From Lingula anatina (lineage: Eukaryota > Animalia > Brachiopoda): a stretch of DNA of 64,000 nt. The stretch spans positions 2,666,001 to 2,730,000 of the forward strand of contig CM120642.1 in the NCBI GenBank assembly GCA_051362555.1. The letters run 5' to 3'. Shown one piece after another: positions 38,442-50,737 of this stretch; within the stretch, counting starts at the first letter, position 1, and each line of letters starts with the position of its first letter. Made by a program: the position numbers and the translations under genes. Below the pieces are notes generated by a model. It saw only the letters and a program-made list of their open reading frames with translations. It did not search any database and was not told the DNA's origin.

Positions 38442-41400
38442 TTAGAGGATCACCTGACAAATATACTGCGCTAGGTCGGTACATTCTTCGTCTACCCATT
38501 TAAAAGGAGTTAATCTGGTGTTTACGGCACCACAGTTTTTGTCAGCTTTCTTGGGTGCCTTTCCGCCATCGTTACCATTCCAATTCACGTATCCCGTAGC
38601 CGGGGTGCCGTCCAACCACTCCCATGTACCAGGGGGTGACTGCTGCTCCAAACCAATCCACGATGATTCACGCGCAGCACTTAAATAAAATAAACCAGAT
38701 CTTACAACTCATTAATCTCCCCCCTCTCCTAGCAACGGTTCTTGGCAAAGGGGGTCTAGATTAGCGATGTGTCTCTCTGGGGTATGTAAAGGTTGAAAAA
38801 ACTCATCTAAAGACGTTTTAGCTTTAGTTCAACAATATCAATTTACACTTTATACTTTAATTGTTTTGGATCAGTAAATGCACACAAAAACACCTTAAAA
38901 AATGTACCCCCTTTCCCTCCTTTTCCCCTTTTCCCTTAAAGAAGGGTCAATTGTTTTAGTTTTAGTTAAACAGTTTTCTTTTTTAACATCCTCTTGCAAC
39001 ACGTTTGTAAAGCCGAAGTATAAGCTAATTAAGGTGTTAATGTCTGGGGCTCAAATATCGCGCAAAGGCAATCCATCGACAAATAAGCCCCCTCCCTCTC
39101 TCTCTCTTTCTAGATACAGAACAAAATGAAATGATAAAAACAGCAGTAAACTTACTCAGGTGGGATGATGGCCTCAAGGGCAGCAGTTTCAGTTGCACTC
39201 AATATGATAGCCAGTGTGCTTCCAGCTACAATTGTAGGACATTTTGCCTTGGCATCCGCGTAGTTCAGAGGGCCACTATAGAACCCATAACATTTGGTTC
39301 CATCAATTGTTTTCTCCCAGAGTTCAGTTCCTGGTGGACCACCTTCACAGGCTACAAAATTACAAAATTTAAATAACGAAAGTAATTAAATATTTGTATA
39401 TATAATTTGAAGGAAAGTACCCAAAATAAATGTACACATCAATATATTTACTTGATAAATTGCATATATATATATATATACAGTTATTTCTCAAAATTGA
39501 CAAGCTTCCAGGCTTCATATAATGATGCATTAAGTTAATAACGTATGAACGATTACTTACTTATGACAGAAACACATGCTGTACCATTTCCGCTAAATCC
39601 AGGCAAACAAGAACAACTGAAACTGCCAACAGTGTTTGTACATGTGGCATTTTCTGCACAGTTGTCTGTACCCAAAGAACACTCGTCCACATCCTTACAT
39701 TTTGTGCCATCACCAGTGAAGCCAGGTAAACAAGAACAACTGAAACTGCCAACAGTGTCTGTACATGTGGCATTTTCTGCACAGTTGTCTGTACCCAAGG
39801 AACACTCGTCCAAATTATTACATGTTGTGCCATCACCAGTGAAGCCAGCTAAACAAGAACAACTGAAACTGCCAACAGTGTCTGTACATGTGGCATTTTC
39901 TGCACAGTTGTCAGTACCCAAAGAACACTCGTCCACATCATTACATTTTGTGCCATCACCAGTGAAGCCAGGTAAACAAGAACAACTGAAACTGCCAACA
40001 GTGTCTGTACATGTGGCATTTTCTGCACAGTTGTCAGTACCCAAGGTACACTCGTCCACATCATTACATTTTGTGCCATCACCAGTGAAGCCAGGTAAAC
40101 AAGAACAACTGAAACTGCCAACAGTGTCTGTACATGTGGCATTTTCTGCACAGTTGTCTGTACCCAAGGTACACTCGTCCACATCATTACATTTTGTGCC
40201 ATCACCAGTGAAACCAGGTAAACAAGAACAACTGAAACTGCCAACAGTGTCTGTACATGTGGCATTTTCTGCACAGTTGTCAGTACCCAAAGAACACTCG
40301 TCCACATCCTTACATTTTGTGCCATCACCAGTGAAGCCAGGCAAACAAGAACAACTAAAACTGCCAACAGTGTCTGTACATGTGGCATTTTCTGCACAGT
40401 TGTCAGTACCCAAAGAACACTCGTCCACGTCATTACATTTTGTGCCATCACCAGTGAAGCCAGCTAAACAAGAACAACTGAAACTGCCAACAGTGTCTGT
40501 ACATGTGGCATTTTCTGCACAGTTGTCTGTACCCAAGGTACACTCGTCCACATCATTACATTTCGTGCCATCACCAGTGAAGCCAGGTAAACAAGAACAA
40601 CTGAAACTGCCAACAGTGTCTGTACATGTGGCATTTTCTGCACAGTTGTCAGTACCCAAGGTACACTCGTCCACATCATTACATTTTGTGCCATCACCAG
40701 TGAAACCAGGTAAACAAGAACAACTGAAACTGCCAACAGTGTCTGTACATGTGGCATTTTCTGCACAGTTGTCAGTACCCAAGGTACACTCGTCCACATC
40801 ATTACATTTTGTGCCATCACCAGTGAAACCAGGTAAACAAGAACAACTGAAACTGCCAACAGTGTCTGTACATGTGGCATTTTCTGCACAGTTGTCAGTA
40901 CCCAAAGAACACTCGTCCACATCCTTACATTTTGTGCCATCACCAGTGAAGCCAGGCAAACAAGAACAACTAAAACTGCCAACAGTGTCTGTACATGTGG
41001 CATTTTCTGCACAGTTGTCAGTACCCAAAGAACACTCGTCCACGTCATTACATTTTGTGCCATCACCAGTGAAGCCAGGTAAACAAGAACAACTGAAACT
41101 GCCAACAGTGTCTGTACATGTGGCATTTTCTGCACAGTTGTCAGTACCCAAAGAACACTCGTCCACATCATTACATTTTGTGCCATCACCATTGAAGCCA
41201 GGTAAACAAGAACAACTGAAACTGCCAACAGTGTCTGTACATGTGGCATTTTCTGCACAGTTGTCAGTACCCAAGGTACATTCGTCCACATCATTACATT
41301 TTGTGCCATCACCAGTGAAACCAGGTAAACAAGAACAACTGAAACTGCCAACAGTGTCTGTACATGTGGCATTTTCTGCACAGTTGTCAGTACCCAAAGA

Positions 41401-44400
41401 ACACTCGTCTACGTCATTACATTTTGTGCCATCACCAGTGAAGCCAGGTAAACAAGAACAACTGAAACTGCCAACAGTGTCCGTACATGTGGCATTTTCT
41501 GCACAGTTGTTAGTACCCAAGGTACACTCGTCCACATCATTACATTTTGTGCCATCACCAGTGAAGCCAGCTAAACAAGAACAACTGAAACTGCCAACAT
41601 TGTCTGTACATGTGGCATTTTCTGCACAGTTGTCAGTACCCAAGGTACATTCGTCCACATCATTACATTTTGTGCCATCACCAGTGAAGCCAGGTAAACA
41701 AGAACAACTGAAACTGCCAACAGTGTCTGTACATGTGGCATTTTCTGCACAGTTGTCAGTACCCAAAGAACACTCGTCCACATCCTTACATTTTGTGCCA
41801 TCACCAGTGAAGCCAGCTAAACAAGAACAACTGAAACTGCCAACAGTGTCTGTACATGTGGCATTTTCTGCACAGTTGTCAGTACCCAAGGTACACTCGT
41901 CCACATCATTACATTTTGTGCCATCACCAGTGAAGCCAGGTAAACAAGAACAACTGAAACTGCCAACAGTGTCTGTACATGTGGCATTTTCTGCACAGTT
42001 GTCTGTACCCAAGGTACACTCGTCCACATCATTACATTTTGTGCCATCACCAGTGAAGCCAGGTAAACAAGAACAACTGAAACTGCCAACAGTGTCTGTA
42101 CATGTGGCATTTTCTGCACAGTTGTCAGTACCCAAGGTACACTCGTCCACATCATTACATTTTGTGCCATCACCAGTGAAACCAGGTAAACAAGAACAAC
42201 TGAAACTGCCAACAGTGTTTGTACATGTGGCATTTTCTGCACAGTTGTCAGTACCCAAAGAACACTCGTCCACATCCTTACATTTTGTGCCATCACCAGT
42301 GAAGCCAGGCAAACAAGAACAACTAAAACTGCCAACAGTGTCTGTACATGTGGCATTTTCTGCACAGTTGTCAGTACCCAAAGAACACTCGTCCACATCA
42401 TTACATTTTGTGCCATCACCAGTGAAGCCAGGTAAACAAGAACAACTGAAACTGCCAACAGTGTCTGTACATGTGGCATTTTCTGCACAGTTGTCAGTAC
42501 CCAAAGAACACTCGTCCACATCATTACATTTTGTGCCATCACCAGTGAAGCCAGGTAAACAAGAACAACTGAAACTGCCAACAGTGTCTGTACATGTGGC
42601 ATTTTCTGCACAGTTGTCAGTACCCAAGGAACACTCGTCCAAATTATTACATGTTGTGCCGTCACCAGTAAAACCAGCCAAACAAGAACAACTAAAACTG
42701 CCAACAGTGTCTGTACATGTGGCATTTTCTGCACAGTTGTCTGTACCCAAGGAACACTCGTCCAAATTATTACATGTTGTGCCGTCACCAGTAAAACTAG
42801 CCAAACAAGAACAACTAAAACTGCCAACAGTGTCTGTACATGTGGCATTTTCTGCACAGTTGTCTGTACCCAAGGAACACTCGTCCAAATTATTACATGT
42901 TGTGCCATCACCAGTGAAGCCAGCTAAACAAGAACAACTGAAACTGCCAACAGTGTCTGTACATGTGGCATTTTCTGCACAGTTGTCTGTACCCAAGGTA
43001 CACTCGTCCACATCATTACATTTTGTGCCATCACCAGTGAAGCCAGGTAAACAAGAACAACTGAAACTGCCAACAGTGTCTGTACATGTGGCATTTTCTG
43101 CACAGTTGTCAGTACCCAAAGAACACTCGTCCACATCCTTACATTTTGTGCCATCACCAGTGAAGCCAGGCAAACAAGAACAACTGAAACTGCCAACAGT
43201 GTCTGTACATGTGGCATTTTCTGCACAGTTGTCAGTACCCAAAGAACACTCGTCCACATCCTTACATTTTGTGCCATCACCAGTGAAGCCAGGCAAACAA
43301 GAACAACTAAAACTGCCAACAGTGTCTGTACATGTGGCATTTTCTGCACAGTTGTCAGTACCCAAAGAACACTCGTCCACGTCATTACATTTTGTGCCAT
43401 CACCAGTGAAGCCAGGTAAACAAGAACAACTGAAACTGCCAACAGTGTCTGTACATGTGGCATTTTCTGCACAGTTGTCAGTACCCAAAGAACACTCGTC
43501 CACATCATTACATTTTGTGCCATCACCAGTGAAGCCAGGTAAACAAGAACAACTGAAACTGCCAACAGTGTCTGTACATGTGGCATTTTCTGCACAGTTG
43601 TCAGTACCCAAGGTACATTCGTCCACATCATTACATTTTGTGCCATCACCAGTGAAACCAGGTAAACAAGAACAACTGAAACTGCCAACAGTGTCTGTAC
43701 ATGTGGCATTTTCTGCACAGTTGTCAGTACCCAAAGAACACTCGTCTACCTCATTACATTTTGTGCCATCACCAGTGAAGCCAGGTAAACAAGAACAACT
43801 GAAACTGCCAACAGTGTCTGTACATGTGGCATTTTCTGCACAGTTGTCGGTACCCAAGGTACATTCGTCCACATCATTACATTTTGTGCCATCACCAGTG
43901 AAACCAGCTAAACAAGAACAACTGAAACTGCCAACAGTGTCTGTACATGTGGCATTTTCTGCACAGTTGTCAGTACCCAAGGTACATTCGTCCACATCAT
44001 TACATTTTGTGCCATCACCAGTGAAACCAGGTAAACAAGAACAACTGAAACTGCCAACAGTGTCTGTACATGTGGCATTTTCTGCACAGTTGTCAGTACC
44101 CAAGGTACATTCGTCCACATCATTACATTTTGTGCCATCACCAGTGAAGCCAGGTAAACAAGAACAACTGAAACTGCCAACAGTGTCTGTACATGTGGCA
44201 TTTTCTGCACAGTTGTCAGTACCCAAAGAACACTCGTCCACGTCATTACATTTTGTGCCATCACCAGTGAAGCCAGGTAAACAAGAACAACTGAAACTGC
44301 CAACAGTGTCTGTACATGTGGCATTTTCTGCACAGTTGTCAGTACCCAAGGTACACTCGTCCACATCATTACATTTTGTGCCATCACCAGTGAAGCCAGC

Positions 44401-46294
44401 TAAACAAGAACAACTGAAACTGCCAACAGTGTCTGTACATGTGGCATTTTCTGCACAGTTGTCTGTACCCAAAGAACACTCATCGGGATCACATGTTGTA
44501 CCATCACCATTGTAGTTAGGAAAACATGTACAACTGAAACTGCCAACGGTGTTAGTACATGAGGCATTTTCTGCACAGTTATCTGTACCCAAGGAACACT
44601 CGTCAATGTCATTACATACTGTGCCATCACCAGTGAAGCCTGGTAAACAAGAGCACGTGAAACTGCCAACGGTGTTTGTACAAGTAGCATTTTCTGCACA
44701 GTTATCTGTACCCAAGGAACACTCGTCCAGATCTCCACCACATCGGTAGCTCCCTATGCTGTTCACACAATTGAAGCCTGTACAAACTGCTATATTGAAA
44801 CCAAATCCAGATGGTATTCCTTGTGTGCATTCGTCGATATCTAAAAGGAGGATTTCAGAAAAAAAATTCACAGTGTATCTATTTGCATATCATCATAAAT
44901 CATATCATACCGCACGCATTAGGAAGTGTTGCGTGTACATGTAGGTTGAAATGCCTTAAAAATTTATCATTAAATTTTCAAAATACGGTGTATTTTCTCG
45001 CCCATTTCCTTCTTGATAACGTGAATTTTTGTTATGTACAAGTACGTTGTTTCCATACAAATCTTCCATCTGCTTATTACCTTGATTACCAATGGGATAA
45101 CAGAGCAATGTCTTTTACTAAGGAAGATTTTTGATTCGTAGATTCTAGAACACATAATGGAGATGATTTATCACTGACTGCACGAATCAGAAGGTTGGTT
45201 TTCTTTATTTTGTAAGGGAAGGTCCCTCGAATTTTTTTTTTTTTTTTTTTTTTTTTGTATTTACATTTGTATTTTCATCCACATTGTCATAACAATGACT
45301 TACCCACACAAATGCCACCTGCGTCTGTTTTAAAACCATTAAGGCAAACGCACTCGCAAGTACTTGGTGGCTCGTTATTGCAGGTCCCGCCAAAAAATAT
45401 CAAGTTGTAAAAAAAACACCCAAATACGTTGCCCACTTGGTAGTCCAAGTCGGTTTTACATTGTCCATGTTCACCGCACGGGTTGTCTTGCGCTTGGCAA
45501 GCTGAAAAAAATTAACCTGTCTTAGATAAAATGTTAAGAAAGACAAATATAGGTTCATCACTAAATCAAGGTGATAGTCTCAGCAATCACGTGCAACCGT
45601 CATCTCCAATGGGCAAAAGATAGCCCATGGCCAAAACAGAAGTGCCCCTGCGAAAATTTGTCTCATTTAACGTTCACTTATGATTCTCAATCTATTCTAG
45701 ACCATCTGGTGTATTTTATTTATTTATTTTATTTATTCAATTATTTATTTATTGTATTTATTGTATCTAGCTTTTATCCTTTTCATTCATCTTCATAATT
45801 ACTAACACTAGTGAATTGACGAGTATACATTTTATACATTCTTGTAGTCTTGTGACATTTTTTTCTCAAAATCGAATTAAGTAAAAAGGCAACCATGGAT
45901 ATGTACGTAGAATATTAGAGCGGTGATATCTTATCATCAGACTTGTAATAAGATACACCGTCCCAGAAGGCAGAAAGACATCACGTAAACTGCAAAGCTT
46001 TATTTATCGTTCTGCTGATAAAATCACAGGCTTCGGTTTTAGAAAACGGTGAGCAGTTTTGTAACTTCCCATAGTTACATACATACACATTGTTACATAC
46101 ACATAGTTCCCTCTCAGTGTACAATATACAGGTTTAACATTAAAACTTCAACTTCTTAAACATACGCGCACCATCTACACGTGCCTTTTCGGGCCTTCTG
46201 ACCAGAAAAGGATTAAGTAAGACTTACGTATAGACATGCCAATGAACAGCATCAGAGTTGCCCCAGTCCACTTGCTGCCCGTAACTTGCACCAT
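38442..46294 (-). CDS. Secreted tandem cbEGF / C-type lectin-like protein, paralog C (~1992 aa, 42 EGF units); exons 46228-46294, 45304-45501, 39561-44840, 39156-39351, 38442-38679
   Basis: GT-AG introns; exon sizes 67/198/5280/196/238 and same phases as A; signal peptide [26 protein letters not shown]; CTLD clearly diverged from A/B. Alternative exon-1 copies at 47786 and 49826. Confidence 0.92.
39573..44733 (-). repeat. Coding tandem array, 42 cbEGF units (123 bp; one 120-bp unit) in paralog C exon 3
   Basis: Marker from 39680 to 44477 = 39 x 123 bp, plus units at 44597 and 44720. Confidence 0.96.
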
Positions 46295-46371
46295 CCTCTT
46301 GTGCTCAGTGGGGAGCGTTAACATGTAAGAAGGGTTGGCGTAACACTGAGCCCCAAATCTACGCCTACGGC

Positions 46372-46399
46372 TTTTATGGAGCAATTGCACGTGACGTCA
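46372..46399 (-). promoter_or_regulatory. Variant TATA (CATAAAA) with an adjacent overlapping E-box/CRE (CACGTGACGTCA); repeated at 47923-47950 and 49963-49990
   Basis: Same position as TATAAAA in the other cassettes; exact CACGTG and TGACGTCA consensus matches. Confidence 0.55.
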
Positions 46400-46576
46400 C
46401 AAAACGGTAAAGTTACTGACATTCGTAATGTGTTTGTTTTAGTAGAGAAATAAATTTTCGTGATAAATGTTATTTTTACACCAGAACAAGATATTAATCG
46501 TACTATGATTTATAAGACAAAAGCACTTGAAATGAATGGGTTATCCCTCATATGCACTAAGTCTGCTGCTATGTAG

Positions 46577-46791
46577 GACCCCATTCCCAGAGATTAGATC
46601 GATCCAAACTAGATCGACCTAACTCCCTGGGGGTTAACGCTAGATAGCTGTCAGCCGAGCGGGCACGAAAGTTAATTACCCCCTTACAGCTTGTAGTAGG
46701 CTGGACGGACATTTAAGCCGGATTATCTGACAGTAATCTAGTGAGACTCCACGCGGGGATAGATCGATCTAAAAGCTCTGGAAATACACCC
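46577..46791. mobile_element. 215-bp PIF/Harbinger-like MITE, copy 1
   Basis: 3-bp TSD TAG; imperfect TIRs; empty site visible at 50141-50170. Confidence 0.88.
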
Positions 46792-47785
46792 TAGGGCGTT
46801 GCCTGCGTCAGGTATCTCTTTTGCTGTTTTATCATCACATCAGACTAGATTTCAGTTTTATAAAAGAGTACAATTCGAAATTTTGTCATTGGTTTAAAAC
46901 AGAAAATTTTGCATACTTCTATTAGGAATAAAAATGCACCATAGTCAACAATAAAAATATATATGTATACTGTATTGACCTAAAACATGCGTCATTTCCC
47001 ACTTTTGTGTTCTGTACCTCTCAAAGCATTGTTTATTAGTAACGAAGCGCAGTAGACTTGTTAGGCCAACAGGATAAGCTTGGTTTATCGACTCCCCTTT
47101 TCCGTACCCCAACAGCAACGCCATCGGTCAGTATCATTCCCGTTCATTTTGTGCGAACACAATCTTCCGGATGTCTTAATTCAACATTTTAATGTAGAGG
47201 GTTTTTTTTTTTTTTTTTACTTTTCCTCTTAATCAGTGGTTATTCCAGGGACTCTTTCGTATCTTACCACTCAACATTCTAAATGCAAACATATTTTCAA
47301 GTTTTTAAAACAAAAATTGTATCTTGCTTTTATCCCTTTAATTCATCTTTATAATTACTAACACTAGTGAATTGACAAGTATACATTTTATACATTCTTG
47401 TAGTCTTGTGACATGTTTTCTCAAAATCGAATTAAGTAAAAAGGCAACCATGGATATGTACGTAGAATATTAGAGCGGTGATATCTTATTATCATCAGAC
47501 TTGTAATAAGATACACCGTCCCAGAAGGCAGAAAGACATCACGTAAACTGCAAAGCTTTATTTATCGTTCTGCTGATAAAATCACAGGCTTCGGTTTTAG
47601 AAAACATTGAGCACTTTTGTAACTTCCCATAGTTACATACATACACATTGTTACATACACATAGTTCCCTCTCAGTGTACAATATACAGGTTTAACATCA
47701 AAACTTCAACTTCTTAAACATATGCGCACCATTTACACGTGCCTTTTCGGGCCTTCTGACCAGAAAAGGATTAAGTAAGACTTAC

Positions 47786-47852
47786 GTATAGACATGCCAA
47801 TGACCAGCATCAGAGTTGCCCCAGTCCACTTGCTGCCCGTAACTTGCACCAT
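47786..47852 (-). CDS. Second copy of paralog C exon 1 ([22 protein letters not shown])
   Basis: Intact ATG, 67 nt, GTAAGT donor. Confidence 0.7.
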
Positions 47853-48111
47853 CCTCTTGTGCTCAGTGGGGAGCGTTAAGAAGTGTTGGGGTAACACTGA
47901 GCCCCAGATCTACGCCTACGGCTTTTATGGAGCAATTGCACGTGACGTCACAAAACGGTAAGGTGATTGACATTCGTAATGTGTTTGTTTTAGTAGAGAA
48001 ATAAATTTTCGTGATAAATGTTATTTTTACACGAGAACAAGATATCAATCGTACTATAATTTATAAGACAAAAACACTTGAAATGAATGGGTTATCCCTC
48101 ATATGCACTAA

Positions 48112-48326
48112 GGGCGTATTCCCATAGATTTTAGATCGATCTATCCCCGTGGGGAGTCTCACTAGATTACTGTCAGATAATCCGGCTTAAATGTCCGTCC
48201 CGCCTACTACAAGCTGTAAGGGGGTAATTAACTTTCGTGCCCGCTCGGCTGACAGCTATTTAGCGTGAACCCCTAGGGTGTTAGGTCGATCTAGTTTGGA
48301 TCGATCTAATCTCTGGGAATGGGGTC
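48112..48326. mobile_element. 215-bp PIF/Harbinger-like MITE, copy 2 (opposite orientation)
   Basis: Reverse complement of 46577-46791 with several substitutions; 3-bp TSD TAA. Confidence 0.88.
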
Positions 48327-49209
48327 TAAGTCTGCTGCTATGTAGGGCGTTGCCTGCGTCAGGTATCCTTTTTGCTGTTTTATCATCACATCAGACTAGA
48401 TTTCAGTTTTACAAAAGACTGCAATTCGAAATTTGGTCATTGGTTTAAAACAGAAAATTTTGCATACTTCAATTAGGAATAAAAATGCACCATAGTCAAC
48501 AATAAAAATATATATGTATACTGTATTGACCTAAAACATGCGTCATTTCCCACTTTTGTGTTCTGTACCTCTCAAAGCATGGTCTATTAGTAACGTAGCG
48601 CAGTAGACTTGTTAGGCCAACAGGATAAGCTTGGTTTATCGACTCCCTAGTTCCGTACCCCAGCAGCAACGCCATCGGTCAGTATCATTTCCGTTCATTT
48701 TGTGCGAACACAATCTTCCGAATTTCTTAATTCAACATTTTAATGTAGAGTTTTTTTTTCTTTTTTTTTACTTTTTCTCTTTCTCAGTGGTTATTCCAGG
48801 GACTCTTTCGTATATTACCACTCAACATTCTAAATGCAAACATATTTTCAAGTTTTTACAACAAATATTGTATCTTGCTTTTATCCCTTTAATTCATCTT
48901 TATAATTACTAACACTAGTGAATTGACAAGTATACATTTCATACATTCTTGTAGTCTTGTGACATTTTTTTCTCAAAATCGAGTTAAGTATTAAGACAAC
49001 CATGGATATGTACGTAGAATATTAGAGCGGTGATATCTTATCGTCAGACTTGTTAAAAGATACACCGTCCCAGAAGGCAGAAAGACATCACGTAAACTGC
49101 AAAGCTTTATTTATCGTTCTGCTGATAAAATCACAGGCTTCGGTTTTAGAAAACGGTGAGCAGTTTTGTAACTTCCCATAGTTACATACATACACATTGT
49201 TACACACAC

Positions 49210-49695
49210 CAGGGCCGTAGCCTGAGCAAAATGCCAGGGGGGGCAGTAAGCAGACACGAGGGGGCGAAGCCCCCGATGGGGGGAGGATGTGGGAGGGGGT
49301 CTCCCCCTCCCACGGTGTGGAAAATATTTAAAAACTGTATGTATAATACTGCATTCTGGTGCATTTTAACTGTTATTTATTGGTCAATCAGAAGTCAGAA
49401 ATTGTGGGTTCATTTTGCCACAAGTACAGTCATTTTTTCAACACAACACGCCAATTGGCCTGGGGGATAGCTCCCTCAGGGAGGGTGAGCTTTTTGGCAT
49501 GAACTGAGTTGGCTAAAAACAGTACACCTTTGTAAACAGATTGTTGAATGATTGTCTAGTGGCCATGAGTGCCTTTTCTCACAGAATTGATACCAACTTT
49601 GCAATTATTTTTATACCTTTGCGATTATTTTTTTGCACCCCAATTTCCAGGGGGGGGCAGCTGCCCCCCCTGCCCCCCCGGAGGCTACGGCCCTG
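49210..49695. mobile_element. GC-rich MITE, 486 bp
   Basis: TIR cagggccgtagcc / ggctacggccctg; 5-bp TSD cacac/tacac; absent from the other two triplication units. Confidence 0.9.
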
Positions 49696-49825
49696 TACAC
49701 ATAGTTCCCTCTCAGTGTACAATATACAGGTTTAACATTAAAACTTCAACTTCTTAAACATACGCGCACCATTTACACGTGCCTTTTTGGGCCTTCTGAC
49801 CAGAAAAGGATTAAGTAAGACTTAC

Positions 49826-49892
49826 GTATAGACATGCCAATGAACAGCATCAGAGTTGCCCCAGTCCACTTGCTGCCCGTAACTTGCACCAT
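49826..49892 (-). CDS. Third copy of paralog C exon 1 ([22 protein letters not shown])
   Basis: Intact ATG, 67 nt, GTAAGT donor. Confidence 0.7.
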
Positions 49893-50737
49893 CCTCTTGT
49901 GCTCAGTGGGGAGCGTTAAGAAGGGTTGGCGTAACACTGAGCCCCAAATCTACGCCTACGGCTTTTATGGAGCAATTGCACGTGACGTCACAAAACGGTA
50001 AGGTGATTGACATTCGCAATGTGTTTGTTTTAGTAGAGAAATAAATTTTCGTGATAAATGTTATTTTTACACGAGAACAAGATATCAATCGTACTATAAT
50101 TTATAAGACAAAAGCACTTGAAATGAATGGGTTATCCCTCATATGCACTAAGTCTGCTGCTATGTAGGGCGTTGCCTGCGTCAGGTATCCATTTTGCTGT
50201 TTTATCATCACATCAGACTAGATTTCAGTTTTACAAAAGAGTACAATTCGAAATTTGGTCATTGGTTTAAAACAGAAAATTTTGCATACTTCTATTAGGA
50301 ATAAAAATGCACCATAGTCAGCAAATCAAAACATATGTATATATTGATGTGTCATGTCTCATTTTTGTGTGAAATGAACCCAATATTTTCATCCATGCAG
50401 ACTACTCATTAACCACGGTAAGACGTTAATTATAACATTCCGGCAATTTACGACTAACGCCTAATTATGTCGCCGGAATGAGTTGAAAATAAATTACAGT
50501 GGTCGTTCTGTTCTGGTATTGCTGTCTGATACGTTACACACGAGAGCGGGACTATAACCAACTATATAGCTATATCCTTCAGCAGTTTACCTAAAGCTAA
50601 AATGATATAATATATACATATGAAATTGCTAGACATTTATTCATATTTGAACCTTAGTCAGTAAGGTTTTATCCTACATAAATCTGAAATATCTGTGCTT
50701 GATATGGTGGAACTACTTTCAATTGTTTAATAAAGTA

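Larger units (their letters stand above)
45761..50320. repeat. Tandem triplication of a ~1.55-kb promoter + exon 1 segment (45761-47316, 47317-48867, 48868-50320; third unit incomplete)
   Basis: Three collinear, highly similar copies that differ mainly by MITE insertions. Confidence 0.93.

Noticed and set aside
39573-44733. CRISPR-like regular repeats
   Set aside because: No unique spacers and no cas genes; eukaryotic coding tandem repeat
5132-44840. Calling the genes fibrillin, Notch, fibropellin or uromodulin
   Set aside because: No TB, LNR/ankyrin/TM, CUB/avidin or ZP domains; similarity is limited to generic cbEGF
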